Shown here: positions 12,001 to 24,000 of the stretch, one piece after another
How positions within the stretch are numbered: position 1 is the stretch's first letter
Layout: each line of letters opens with the position of its first letter
From: Longimicrobiales bacterium
GTDB lineage: Bacteria; Gemmatimonadota; Gemmatimonadetes; Longimicrobiales; Gaopeijiaceae
DNA length: 64,000 nucleotides
NCBI GenBank assembly: GCA_965204735.1
Contig: OZ242008.1
Span: forward strand, 2,784,001-2,848,000
Reading direction: 5' to 3'
The notes under the pieces: generated by a model
What the model was told of the DNA's origin: nothing
The model's input: only the letters and a program-made list of their open reading frames with translations
Database searches by the model: none
Translations under genes and position numbers: made by a program

Positions 12001-15000
12001 CGCGCCGATCGTCAACGCGCTTACGCTCGGCGCGCCCAAGCCACCGTTCACCTTGTGCGCCGCGTCGTTGCTGAACACGCTCGCCGACGTGCCCAGCCCC
12101 GCAGCCGACCCGCCGGCCCGCGCGTCGTTGATCGCCCCGCCGTTCAGCGTCAGCGCGCTCCCGCTCAAGCTGATCCCGTCCGCGTCCACGTCCGCAGCCG
12201 CCACCGCGTAGCGGAACCGCAACTGCTTCGTGCCGCTCCCGCTCGCGTACGACGCCTGCCGCGTCGCGCTCCCGATCCCCAGCGCCAGCTGCGGCGTGCC
12301 CGTCACCACCACTGCCCGCTGGAACAACACATCCAACTCGATCCGCTCGCCCAGCTTGTACGTGCTGTCGCTCGCCGGCGCGCTTCTGACATAGACGTCT
12401 TCCACCGCCAGACCCGTGAACAGCGAGCCGTTCACCTGGTGACTCGAACTGTTCGTAATCGCGTGCGAACCCAGCCCCAGAACGGCGTCCATCGTCGTGC
12501 CCGCCGCCTGGATCGTACCGCCGTTCAGCGTCAAAGCGCTCGCACCGATGCTGATCCCGTCGATGTCCCGGTCCGACTGCACCACCACGTACCGGAAGAC
12601 GAGCGTGTTCGTGCCCGTGCCCGACGCATATGCCGCCTGCCGCGTCTGCGTGCCGATCCCCAGCGCCAGCTGCGGCGCGCCCGTCACGTCCACCGTCCTG
12701 CTGAACGACACACGGACATCGATCGCGTCGCCCCGCTCGTACTCCGCGTTGTACGGATCGTCGGCGAACGACACGCCGATCACCCCCGGCGTGCCCAGGC
12801 TCCCGTCCACCTTGTGCGCCGCCGCGTCGGACACCGCGTGAGCGCCCAGTCCCAGCGTCGCCGCCGTCGTGCCGTCGCGCGCGTCCGCGATCGTCCCGCC
12901 GTTCAGCGCCAAAGCGCTCGCGCCGACGCTGAGCCCAGTCGAGTCGCGGTCCGTCCCCTGCACCGTGTACCGGAACGCCAACGTCGCCGTGCCCGTGCCG
13001 CTCGCGTACGACGCCTGCCGCGTCTGCGTCCCGATCGTCAGCGCCAGCTGCGGCGTCCCCGTCACCACCACCGGCCGCGCGAACGTCACCTCCACCTCGA
13101 TCCGCTCCGTCCGCCCGTACGTGCTGTCGCTCGACGGCGTGCTCGCGATCGTCACCCCGCTCGGCGCCGGCCCCGTCAACGTCCCGCCCGCCACCTTGTG
13201 GCCCGTGCTGTTGCTCACCGCGTGACTGCCCAGCCCCAGCAAAGCGTCCGTCGTCTCGCCCGCCACGTCGATCGTCCCACCGTTCAGCGACAGCGCGCTC
13301 GCGCCGATGCTCAACCCGTCGGCGTCCGCGTCCGCCTGCACCACCACGTACCGGAACACCAGCGACGCCGTGCCCGTGCCCGAAGCGTACGACGCCTGCC
13401 GCATGACCGCGCCGATCGTCAGCGCCAGCTGCGGCGCGCCCGTCACGTCCACCGCCTTGTTGAACGTCACCGTCGCCGCAATCGTGTCGTCGCGCTCGAA
13501 GGTGTCGCCCACGACCGGGTCGCCGATCGCCACGCCCGTCACCCCCGCCGGACCCTGGCTCGCGTCCACCTTGTGCGCCGCCGCGTTCGCGATCGCGTGC
13601 GCGCCCAGCCCCAGCCCAGCCGCAATGCTGGTGCCGCCTCGCACGTCGTTGATCGTCCCACCGTTCAAGGTCAGCGCGCTTGCGTCGACGCTGATCCCGT
13701 CGGAGTCCGCGTCGCCCACCGCCACGGCATGCCGGAACGTTAGCGTCGTCGTGCCCGTCCCGGAGGCGTAGTCCGCCTGCACCGTGTCGGTCCCGATGCC
13801 CAGCGCCAGCTGTGGCGTCCCCGTCACAACCACCGGCCGCACGAACGACACCTCCACTTCGATCTGCTCGCCCAGGCCGTACGTGTCCCCGCTCGCCGGG
13901 CTGCTCGCAACCGTCACCCCGCTCGCCGACGACGGCGTGAACCTGTTGCCCGCGACCTTGTGGCCCGTGCTGTTGCTCACCGCGTGACTGCCCAGCCCCA
14001 GCAGCGCGTCCGTCGTGCCGCCCGCGATGTCGATCGTCCCGCCGTTCAGCGACAGCGCGCTCGCGCCGATGCTCAGCCCGTCGGCGTCCACATCCCCCGG
14101 CACCACCAAGTAGCGGAACACCAGCGACGCCGTGCCCGTGCCCGAAGCGTACGCCGCCTGCCGCGTCTGCGTCCCGATCCCCAGTGCCAGCTGCGGCGTC
14201 CCCGTCACGTCCACCGCCCTGTTGAACGTCACCGTCACCGCAATCGAGTCGTTGCGCTCGAAGGTGTCGCCCGTCGGCGGCGACCCCACGACCAAGTCCG
14301 CCACCGTCGGCCGGTCCAAGGTTCCGTCCACCTTGTGGCTCGCGCTGTTCGACACCGCATGGCCGCCCAGGTCGAGGAACGCGTCCGTCGTCCCGCCCGC
14401 CACGTCGATCGTCCCGCCGTTCAGCGCCAACGCGCTCGCGCCGATGCTCAACCCGACGCTGTCCGCGTCGGCCGCCACCACCGTGTAGCGGAACACCAGC
14501 GACGCCGTGCCCGTCCCGCTCGCGTACGACGCCTGCCGCGTCGCAGCGCCGATCGTCAGCGCCAGCTGCGGCGTCCCCGTCACGTCCACCGCCTTGTTGA
14601 ACGTCACCGTCGCCTCGATCACGTCGCCCAAGCCGTACGTGTCGTCCGCCACCGGCGAGTTCAACGCGAGGCCGCTCACCCCCGGCGGTCCCCGGTTGCT
14701 GTCGACCTTGCGGTTGGGGTCGTCGACGATCGCGTGCGCGCCCAACCCCAGGTTCGCATTCACCGTCGCGCTTCCGCCCAGGCGGATCGTCCCTCCGTTC
14801 AACGTCAGCGCGTTCGCCCCGATGCTGATCCCATTCGAATCCGCGTCCGGCGGCCGCACCACGTAGCTGAAGCGCAGTATGTCGCCCAGCCGGGCGAGTT
14901 CGTCGAAGCTCGCCTGGCGCGTCTCCGCGCCGATCGTCAGCGCCAGCTGCGGCGTGCCCGTCACCTCGATCACCCTGTCGAAGCCTACGCTGACGACGAC

Positions 15001-18000
15001 TTCGTCGCCCAGCTCGTAGGTCTGCGCCGTCGGCAAGTCGCCGAACGCCACGGTCGTCACCGACGGCTGCGTCGTCTGGGCGCCGTTCACCTTGAAGTTC
15101 GCGCCGGGAGCGAACGCCTGCGTCGTCAAGTTCGCCGCCGTCGTGCTGTCGACCGCCGACGCGATCGTGCCGCCGTTCAGCGTCAGCGCGTTCGCGTCCA
15201 TCGAGACGCCGTCGGCGTCCACGTCCGACGCCTGCACCACATAAGTGAAGGTCAGCTGGTCCGCCGAACCGGTGAAGTACTGCGCCTGCCGTGTCTGCGT
15301 CCCCACCCTCAGCGCCACCTGCGGCGCCCCCGTGACGACGACCTCCCGGTCGAAGAGCAGGAAGATGATGATGAACTGGCCCAGCTCGTACGTGTCCCCG
15401 ACTCGCCGACCGCCGATCGCCACTTCGTCCACCGACGGCGAAACGATTCGGCTTCCGTCCACCTTGTGGCTCGCGCTGTTCGAGATCGCATGCGTGCCCA
15501 GTCCCAGGAGCGCGTTCGCCGTGCCGCCCGCGATCCGGATCGCGCCGCTGTTCGCCCTGCCTCCGTTCAGGGTCAGCGCGCTCGCGCCGATGCTCAGCCC
15601 GTCGGAGTCCGCGTCCGACGGCTGCACCGTGTACTCGAACGTCAGCGTCTTCGTTCTGGTGCCCCTCAGGAAGCTCGCCTGCCGCGTCTGCGTCCCCAGC
15701 GTCAGCGCCAGCCCCAGACGGTGCGAGTTCGTCACCGCCACCACCCGGTCGAAGGCGACTTCAACTCTGATCTTCTCCGACCGCTTGTAGGTGGTCCCGT
15801 CCGCCGGAGTGCTCCCGATCTGCACGCCGACCACCGCCGGGGCCTTCTCCATGCTGCCGTCCACCTTGTGGCCCGCGGCGTCGGCAATCGCGTGCGCGCC
15901 CAGCCCGAGCGCGGCGGCCGTGGCTCCGTCGCGCAAGTCCACGATCGTGCCGCCGTTCAGCGTCAGCGCGCTCGCGCCGATGCTCAGCCCGTCGGAGTCT
16001 GCGTCCGACGCCGCCACGACATAGCGGAACGTCAGCGTCGCCGTGCCCGAGCCCAAGACGAAGTTGGCCTGGCGGGACTGGGCTCCGATCGTCAGCACCA
16101 GCCGCGGCGTCCTCCTCACGTTCACCGGGCGGCCGAACGTCACCTGGACCGTGATCTCCTCGCCGAGGCCGTAGGTCGATGCGCTGTCGGGGCTGCTGAC
16201 AAGCACGACGCCCGTCACCGCAGGCGCCCTCAACGCGCCGCCCGCCACCTTGTGGCCCGCGCTGTTGGTCACCGCTCGGCTGCCCAGGCCCAGCAGCGCG
16301 TTGGGCGTGCCCCCTGCGAGCCGGATCGTCCCGCCGTTCAGCCCCAGCGCGCTCGCACCGACGCTGATCCCGTCCGTGTCGGCGTCGCCCGTCGCCACCA
16401 CGTAGCGGAAGACCAGCGACGCCGTGCCCGTCCCGCCGGCGTACGCCGCCTGCCGCGCGGCCGCGCCGATCGTCAGCGCCAGCTGCGGCGCGCCCGTCAC
16501 GTCCACCGCCTTGTTGAACGTCACCGTCGCAACAATTGTGTCGCCCCGCTCGAAGGTGTCGCCCACCGGCGGCGAGCCCAAGACCAGGCCGGCGACGCCC
16601 GGCGGACCCTGGCTGGCGTCCACCTTGTGGGCGGCGGCGTTCGCGATTGCGTGCGCGCCCAGCCCCAGGGCCGCGTTGGTCGACGTCCCGCTCCGGATCG
16701 TGCCGCCGTTCAGCGACAGAGCGCTCGCGCCCACGCCGATCCCGTCCGAGTCCGAGTCGCCGGCCTCCACCGTGTAGCTGAACGTCAGCGAGTCCGCGCC
16801 GCTTCCGGCGGCGTAGGACGCCTGCCGCGTCCGGGTCCCGATCGTCAGCGCCAGCTGCGGCGTGCCCGTCACCGTGACGGCGATCTGGAAGCCCACCTGG
16901 ACCGTGATCGTCTCGCCGATCTCGTAAGTGTCCCCGCTCGCCGGAGAGCTGGCGATCGCGACGGCGTTCACCACCGGCACCGTCGTCGTCCCGTCCACCT
17001 TGTGGCCGCTCGCGTCGGCGATCGCGTGCGCGCCCAGGCCCAGCGCCGCGTTAGTCCCCGTTTGGCTCCGGATCGTGCCGCCGTTCAGCGCCAGCGCACT
17101 CGCGCCCACGCCGATCCCGTCGCTGTCCGCGTCCGCCACCGTGGTCGTGTAGGCGAACGAGAGCGTCTTGCTGCCGCTTCCGCCGGCGTAGGACGCCTGC
17201 CGCGTCTGGGCGCCGATCGTCAGCGCCAGCTGCGGCTGGCCCGTCACCGCCACCGGCGTCGTGAACGCGATCTCGACCGTGATCGCTTCGGCGGCGCCGT
17301 ACGTGTCTCCGGTTGCAGGAGCGCTGGCGATCGTCGCCCGGCTCACCGCCGGAACCGTCGCCGTGGCACCGTTGACCTTGTGGCCGCTCGCGTTGGCAAT
17401 CGCGTGCGTGCCCAGGCCGAGCGCCGCCGACGCGCCGAAGCTGCTGCCGATCGTGCCGCCGTTCAGAGCCAGCGCGCTCGCGCCGATGCCGATGCCGTCG
17501 TTGTCCGCGTCCGCCGACTGCACCACGTACTCGAAGGCGAGGGTTCGCGTCCCGCCGCCGCTTCGGTACGCCGCTTGGCGCGTCTGGGCGCCGATCGTCA
17601 GCGCCAGCTGCGGCGCGCCCGTCACGTCCACTGCGATGTCGAAGCCGACCGTCACATCGATCCGCTCGCCGGCGCCGTAGGTGTCCCCGCTCGCAGGCGA
17701 ACTGGCGACGGCGACGGCGTTCACGGACGGCGGAGTGGCCGTGGCGCCGTTCACCTTGTGGCCGCTCGCGTTGGCAATCGCGTGCGTGCCCAGGCCCAGC
17801 GCCGCGTTCGTCCCCGCTCCGCTCCGGATCGTGCCGACGTTCAAGGTCAACGCGCTCGCGCCGACGCTGATCCCGTCGGCGTCCACGTTCGTGGTCTGCA
17901 CGACGTGCTCGAAGACGAGCGTCCCGGAGCCGCTCCCCCGAACGTACTGGGCCTGGACGGTCGAGGCGCCGACCGTCAGCGCCAGCAGCGGCGTCCCCGT

Positions 18001-21000
18001 CACCGTCGCCGGAATCTGGAAGCCCACCTCCACCGTGATCGTCTCGCCCGCGCCGTACGTGTCCCCGCTCGCAGGCGTGCTCGCGATCGTCACCGCGTTC
18101 ACCGCCGGAACCGTCGCCGCCCCGTCCACCTTGTGGCTGCTCGCGTTCGCGATCGCGTGCGTGCCCAAACCCAGCGCCGCGTTCGTCCCCGCTCCGCTCT
18201 GGATCGTCCCGCCGTTCAACGCCAAAGCGCTCGCGCCCACGCCGATCCCGTCCGAGTCCGCGTCGGTGGCCAGAACCGTGTAGCTGAACGTCAACGTCTT
18301 CGTCCCGCTCCCGCTCGCGTACCCCGCCTGCCGCGTCTGCGAACCCACCGTCAGCGCCAGCTGCGGCGTCCCCGTCACCGTCGCCGGTATCCGGAAGCCC
18401 ACCTCCACCGTGATCGTCTCGCCCGCGCCGTACGTGTCCCCGCTCGCAGGCGTGCTCGCGATCGTCACCGCGTTCACCGTCGGCGCCGTCGCCGCCCCGT
18501 CCACCTTGTGGCTGCCCGCGTTGGCGATCGCGTTCGCGCCCAGGCCCAGCGCCGCGTTCGTCCCCGCACCGCTTTGGATCGTGCCGCCGTTCAGCGCCAA
18601 AGCGCTCGCGCCCACGCCGATCCCGTCCGAGTCCGCGTCCGTCGCCACTACCTCGTAGCTGAACGTCAGCGTCTTCGTCCCGCTCCCGCTCGCGTACTCC
18701 GCCTGCCGCGTCTGCGCCCCCACCGTCAGCGCCAGCCGCGGCGTCCCCGTCACCGTCGCCGGTATCCGGAAGCCCACCTCCACCGTGATCGTCTCGCCCG
18801 CGCCGTACGTGTCCCCGCTCGCAGGCGTGCTCGCGATCGTCAGCGCGTTCACCGTCGGAACCGTCGCCACGCCGTTCACCTTGTGGCCGCCCGCGTTCGC
18901 GATCGCGTTCGTGCCCAGCCCCAGCGCCGCGTTCGTCCCCGCTCCGCTTTGGATCGTGCCGCCGTTCAGCGCCAAAGCGCTCGCCCCGACGCCGATCCCG
19001 TCCGAGTCCGCGTCCGTCGCCGCCACCTCGTAGCTGAACGTCAGCGTCTTCGTCCCGCTCCCGCTCGCGTACCCCGCCTGCCGCGTCTGCGCCCCCACCG
19101 TCAGCGCCAGCTGCGGCGCCCCCGTCACCGTCGCCGGAATCTGGAAGCCCACCTCCACCGTGATCGTCTCGCCCGCGCCGTACGTGTCCCCGCTCGCAGG
19201 CGTGCTCGCGATCGTCAGCGTGTTCACCGCCGGAACCGTCGCCGCGCCGTTCACCTTGTGGCCGCTCGCGTTCGCGATCGCGTGCGCGCCCAGGCCCAGC
19301 ACCGCGTTCGTCCCCGCCCAGTTCCGGACCGTGCCGCCGTTCAGCGTCAGGGCAGCGGCGGCGACGCCGATCCCGTTCGCGTCAGCGTCCGTCGCCACCG
19401 TCACGTAGTCGAACGTCAGGACGCGGGTCCCGCTGCCGCCCGCGTAGCCGGCCTGCCGGGTCTGCGTCCCGATCGTCAGCGCCAGCTGCGGCGCCCCGGT
19501 CACCACGACCGGGATCCGGAAGCCGATCTGCACCGCGATCTTCTCGGCGGCGCCGTAGGTGTCGCCCGTCGCAGGCGTGCTCGTGACCGACGCCGCGTTC
19601 ACCGTGGGCGCCGTCGTCGTTCCCGCCACTTTGTGAGCCGCCGCGTTCGAGATCGCATGCGTTCCCAAGGTCAGCGTGGCATAGGCGCCGCTCCCGCTCC
19701 GGATCGTCCCGCCGTTCAGCGCAAGCGCGAGGTCGCCGATGCTGATGCCGTCGGCGTCCGCGTCCGCGTCCGTCACCGCGTAGCGGAACGTCAGCGTCGC
19801 CGTCCCGCTTCCGCTGGCGTAGGCCGCCTGGCGCGTCGCGCTGCCGATCGAGAGCGCCAACTGCGGCGTCCCCGTCACCGTGGCCGCGACGGTGAAGCCC
19901 ACCTGCACCGAGATCGTGTCGCCCGCCGCGTAGGTGCTGTCGTTCCCGGCGCTGCTGCTGATCGTCACCGCGTTCGGCATCGGAATCGACGCCCGGTTGT
20001 CGCTCGCTGCATCGACCTTGTGGTCGACGAGGTCCGCGGTCTTCACGCGTTCATACTCTTTGCTCGTGTCCAGGCTGTTGCCCGACGCGACGCTGCTGAT
20101 CGATCCAGCGAGGTCGGTGAACGTGCCCGGGACGGCAACGCCGTTGTCGTCTTTGTCCCCCGCTTGGACCGTGTAGCGGAACTCCAGCTCCGTCGTGCCC
20201 GTGCCCGAAGCGTACGACGCCTGCCGCGTCGGCGTCCCGATCTCAAGCCCCAGCTGCGGCGTCCCCGTCACCGCCACCCGCTCGTTGAAGACCACCCGCA
20301 ACCTGATCGTCTCGCCGATCCCGTACGTGTCTCCAACCCCTGGACGGCTGACGATCGAGCCTCCCGTCACTTCCGGAGCGCCGCCTCCTTGCCGACCGTC
20401 CACCGTGTGGCCCGACGCCGCCGTGATCGCGTGGCTGCCGAGTCCCAAGGCCGCGCTGGCGCCCGCCCTGCTCCGGATCGCACCGCCGTTCAGCGTCAGC
20501 GCGCTCGCGCCGACCCCGATCCCGTCCCCGTCCAGGTCCGACTGGCCAACCGTGTAGCGGAACGCCAGCGTCGCCGTGCCCGATCCGCCCGCGTAGGCCG
20601 CCTGTCTCGTCGCCGCGCCGATCGTCAACGCCAGCCGGGGCGCGCCCGTCACCCTTACAGGCAGGCTGAAGCCGACCTGCACCTCGATCGTCTCGCCTCG
20701 TCCGTACAAGCCGACGTTCCACACTTGAAACAGCGGCGTGCTCGCGACCCTCACGGCCGTCACCGTCGGCGCGGTCGCCCTGCCGTCCACCTTGTGGCCC
20801 GCGGCGTTCGCGATCGCGTGCGCGCCCAGCCCCAGCAACGCGTCCGTCCCCCTGCCGCTCCGGATCGTCCCGCCGTTCAGCGCCAGCGCGCTCGCGGCGA
20901 CCCCGATCCCGTCCGTGTCCGTGTCCGTCGCCACCGTCGTGTAGCTGAACGCCAGCGTGTCCGTCCCGCTTCCGCCGGCGAGGGCGGCCTGCCGCGTCTC

Positions 21001-24000
21001 GGGCCCCACCGTCAGCGCCAGCTGGGGCGCGCCCGTCACCACGACCGGAACCTGGAACACGATGTGCACGGTGATCGTCTCGCCTGCGCCGTAGGCGTCT
21101 CCGCTCGCCGGGCTGCTCGCGACCGAGACTCCGGTCACCGTCGGGACCGCCGGGGTCCCGATCACCTTGTGGCCGGAGGCGTTGGCGATCGCGTTCGCGC
21201 CCAGGCCCAAGCTCGCCGCCGTGGCGCTGCTCCGGACGTCGTTGATCGTTCCCCCGTTCAGCGTCAACGCGCTCGCGCCGATGCTGATTCCGGTGGAGTC
21301 GGCGTCTGCGGCCACCACCGCGTAGCCGAACGTCAGCGTGGTCGTGCCCGTGCCCGAGGCGTAGGCCGCCTGGCGCGTCTGCGTCCCGATCGTCAGCGCC
21401 AGCTGCGGCGCGCCCGAGACGCTCACCGGCCTGCTGAACGCGACCTCGACCTCGATCCGCTCGGCCAAGGCGTAGGTGTCGCCGACGCCGGGACTGCTCG
21501 AGATCGTCACCCCGCTCACCGCCGGCGTCGTAAACGTCCCGCCCGCGACCTTGTGGCCCGAACTGTTCGCTACCGCGCGCGAGCCCAGCCCCAGCAGCGC
21601 GTCCGTCGTACCGCCCGCCTCGTCGATCGTCCCGCCGTTCAGCGCCAGCGCGCTCGCCCCGATGCTCAACCCGTCGGCGTCCGCGTCCGCCTGCACCACC
21701 ACGTATCGGAACACCAGCGACGCCGTGCCCGTGCCGCTCGCATACGCTGCCTGCTTTGTCGCCGCGCCGATCGTCAGCGCCAGCTGCGGCGTCCCCGTCA
21801 CGTCCACCGCCTTGGTGAACGTGACCGTGACCTCGATCCGCTCGCCGCGCTCGAAGGTGTCGCCCACCGCCGGCGACCCGACGGCCACGCCCGCCACCCT
21901 CGGCGGACCCCGGGCGCCGTCCACCTTGTGGGCCGCGGCAGCGGCGACCGCGTTCGCGCCCAGGCCCAAGCTCGCCGCCGTGCTCCCGTCGCGGGCGTCG
22001 GCGATCCCACCGCCGTTCAACGCCAGCGCGCTTGCGCCGATGCCGACGCCGGTCGAGTCCGCGTCCGCCGCCATCACCGTGTAGCGGAACGTCAGCGACG
22101 CCGTGCCCGTGCCGGAGGTGTAGTTCGCCTGGCGCGTCTGCGTCCCGATCGTCAGGGCCAGCTGCGGCGTCCCCGTCACAGTCACGCGGCGGTTGAACGT
22201 CGCCTGCACCTCGATCACCTCGTCAAAGCCGTAGGTGCTGTCGCTGGCCGGGCTGCTCGTGATCGACACGCCGCTGACCGCCGCCGCCGTGAACGTCCCA
22301 CCCGCCACCTTGTGGCCCGAACTGTTCGCTACCGCGTGACTGCCCAGCCCCAGCCGCGCGTCCGTCGTCCCGCCCGCCGCGTCGATCGTCCCGCCGTTCA
22401 GCGCCAGCGCGCTCGCCCCGACGCTCAACCCGTCGGCGTCGGCGTCCGCCTGCACCACCACATAGCGGAAGACCAGCGACGCCGTGCCCGTGCCCGAGAC
22501 GTAGGCGGCCTGGCGCGTGGTCGCGCCGATCGTCAGCGCCAGCTGCGGCGTCCCCGTCACGTCCACCGCCCTGTTGAACGTCAACGTCGCGGCAATCGTG
22601 TCGCCCCGCTCGAAGGTGTCGCCCACCGGCGGCGAGCCCAACACCAAGCCGCCGACCCCAGGCGCACCCTGGCTGGCGTCCACCTTGTGGGCGGCGGCGT
22701 TCGCGATTGCATGGTGCCCCAGCGCCAAGCTCGCGTTCGTGGCCGTGTCGCCCTGCAACGCGATCTTCCCTCCGTTCAACGTCAGCGCGTTCGCCCCAAC
22801 GCCGATCCCGTCGGCGTCCGCATCGGACACCTGCACCCGGTAGCCGAACTCGAGGAACTCCGTCCCCGTTCCCGAAGCGTAGCTCGCCTGTCGCGTCTGC
22901 GACCCGATCGCCAGGGCCAGCCGCGGCGTGCCCGTCACGGCCACGGCCCTGCTGAACTCCACCCGCACCCGAATGTTCTCAAAGAACCCGTAGGTGTCCC
23001 CGCTGGCCGGCGAGCTGACGATCCTCAGGCTCCTCGCCGAGGGCGCCGTCGAGCTGCCGCCGTTCACCTTGGTGTCGGTTGCAACGGGCGACCCCGCGTG
23101 CTTGAGCGGCGCGTCGCGTTGCGAGCCGGCAACCTTGATCGTGCCGCCGTTCAGCCGCAGTCCGTTGGGCGGGATGTGGATCCCGTCCGTGTCCCTGTCC
23201 GCCGGCTGGACAAAGTACGAGAAGTAGACGACGCCCGGCCCCGACGTGCCCAGCTCGACCGTCTTCACCGCGTCGTAGTTCGCGTAGCGGGTCTGCGCCC
23301 CGACGGCAATCGCGATCTGGGGCGTGCCCGTGACGTCTATGCCAACGATCCGCCGTCGGTTGGAGTCGGTCCAGAGGCCAAAGACCAGGATCCTGTCTCC
23401 GAGTTCGCAAGTATCGCCGGTCTCGGGACAGCTCAGGCCAGACACGCCCACGCCACGCATGATGATGCTGACTTGACTTCCATCCACCTTGTGGCGGGCG
23501 CTGTTGGCAATAGCGTGCCTCCCGAGACCCAGGTTCGCGTCCACCGCATTGGATCCGACATGCTTTATCGTCCCGCCGTTCAGCGTCAGCGCGCTCGCCC
23601 CGATGCTGATCCCCGTCGTGTCCACGTCCGTGGCCGCCACCGAGTAGTGGAACGCCAGCGCGTTCGTGCCCGTCCCGCTCGCGTACTCCGCCTGCCGCGT
23701 CTGCGTGCCGATCGTCAGCGCCAGCCGAGGCGTGCCCGTAACCGCGACCGTACGATCCCACCTCACCGTGACGACGATCCGGTCGCCCAAGGTGAACGTG
23801 AAGTCCGGCGTGCTGTTCAGCGACAGTGCGCTCACCGACGGCCGGGTCGTTCGACCGCCGTTCACCTTGTGGGACAGCGTGTTTGGGATAGCCCGGGGGA
23901 GCGTCAAGGCGGCCGCCGAATCGTTGACGGCGTCGTTGATCGTCCCGCCGTTCAGCGTCAGCGCGTTGGTCGCGACGCTGATCCCGTCCGCGTCCACGTC

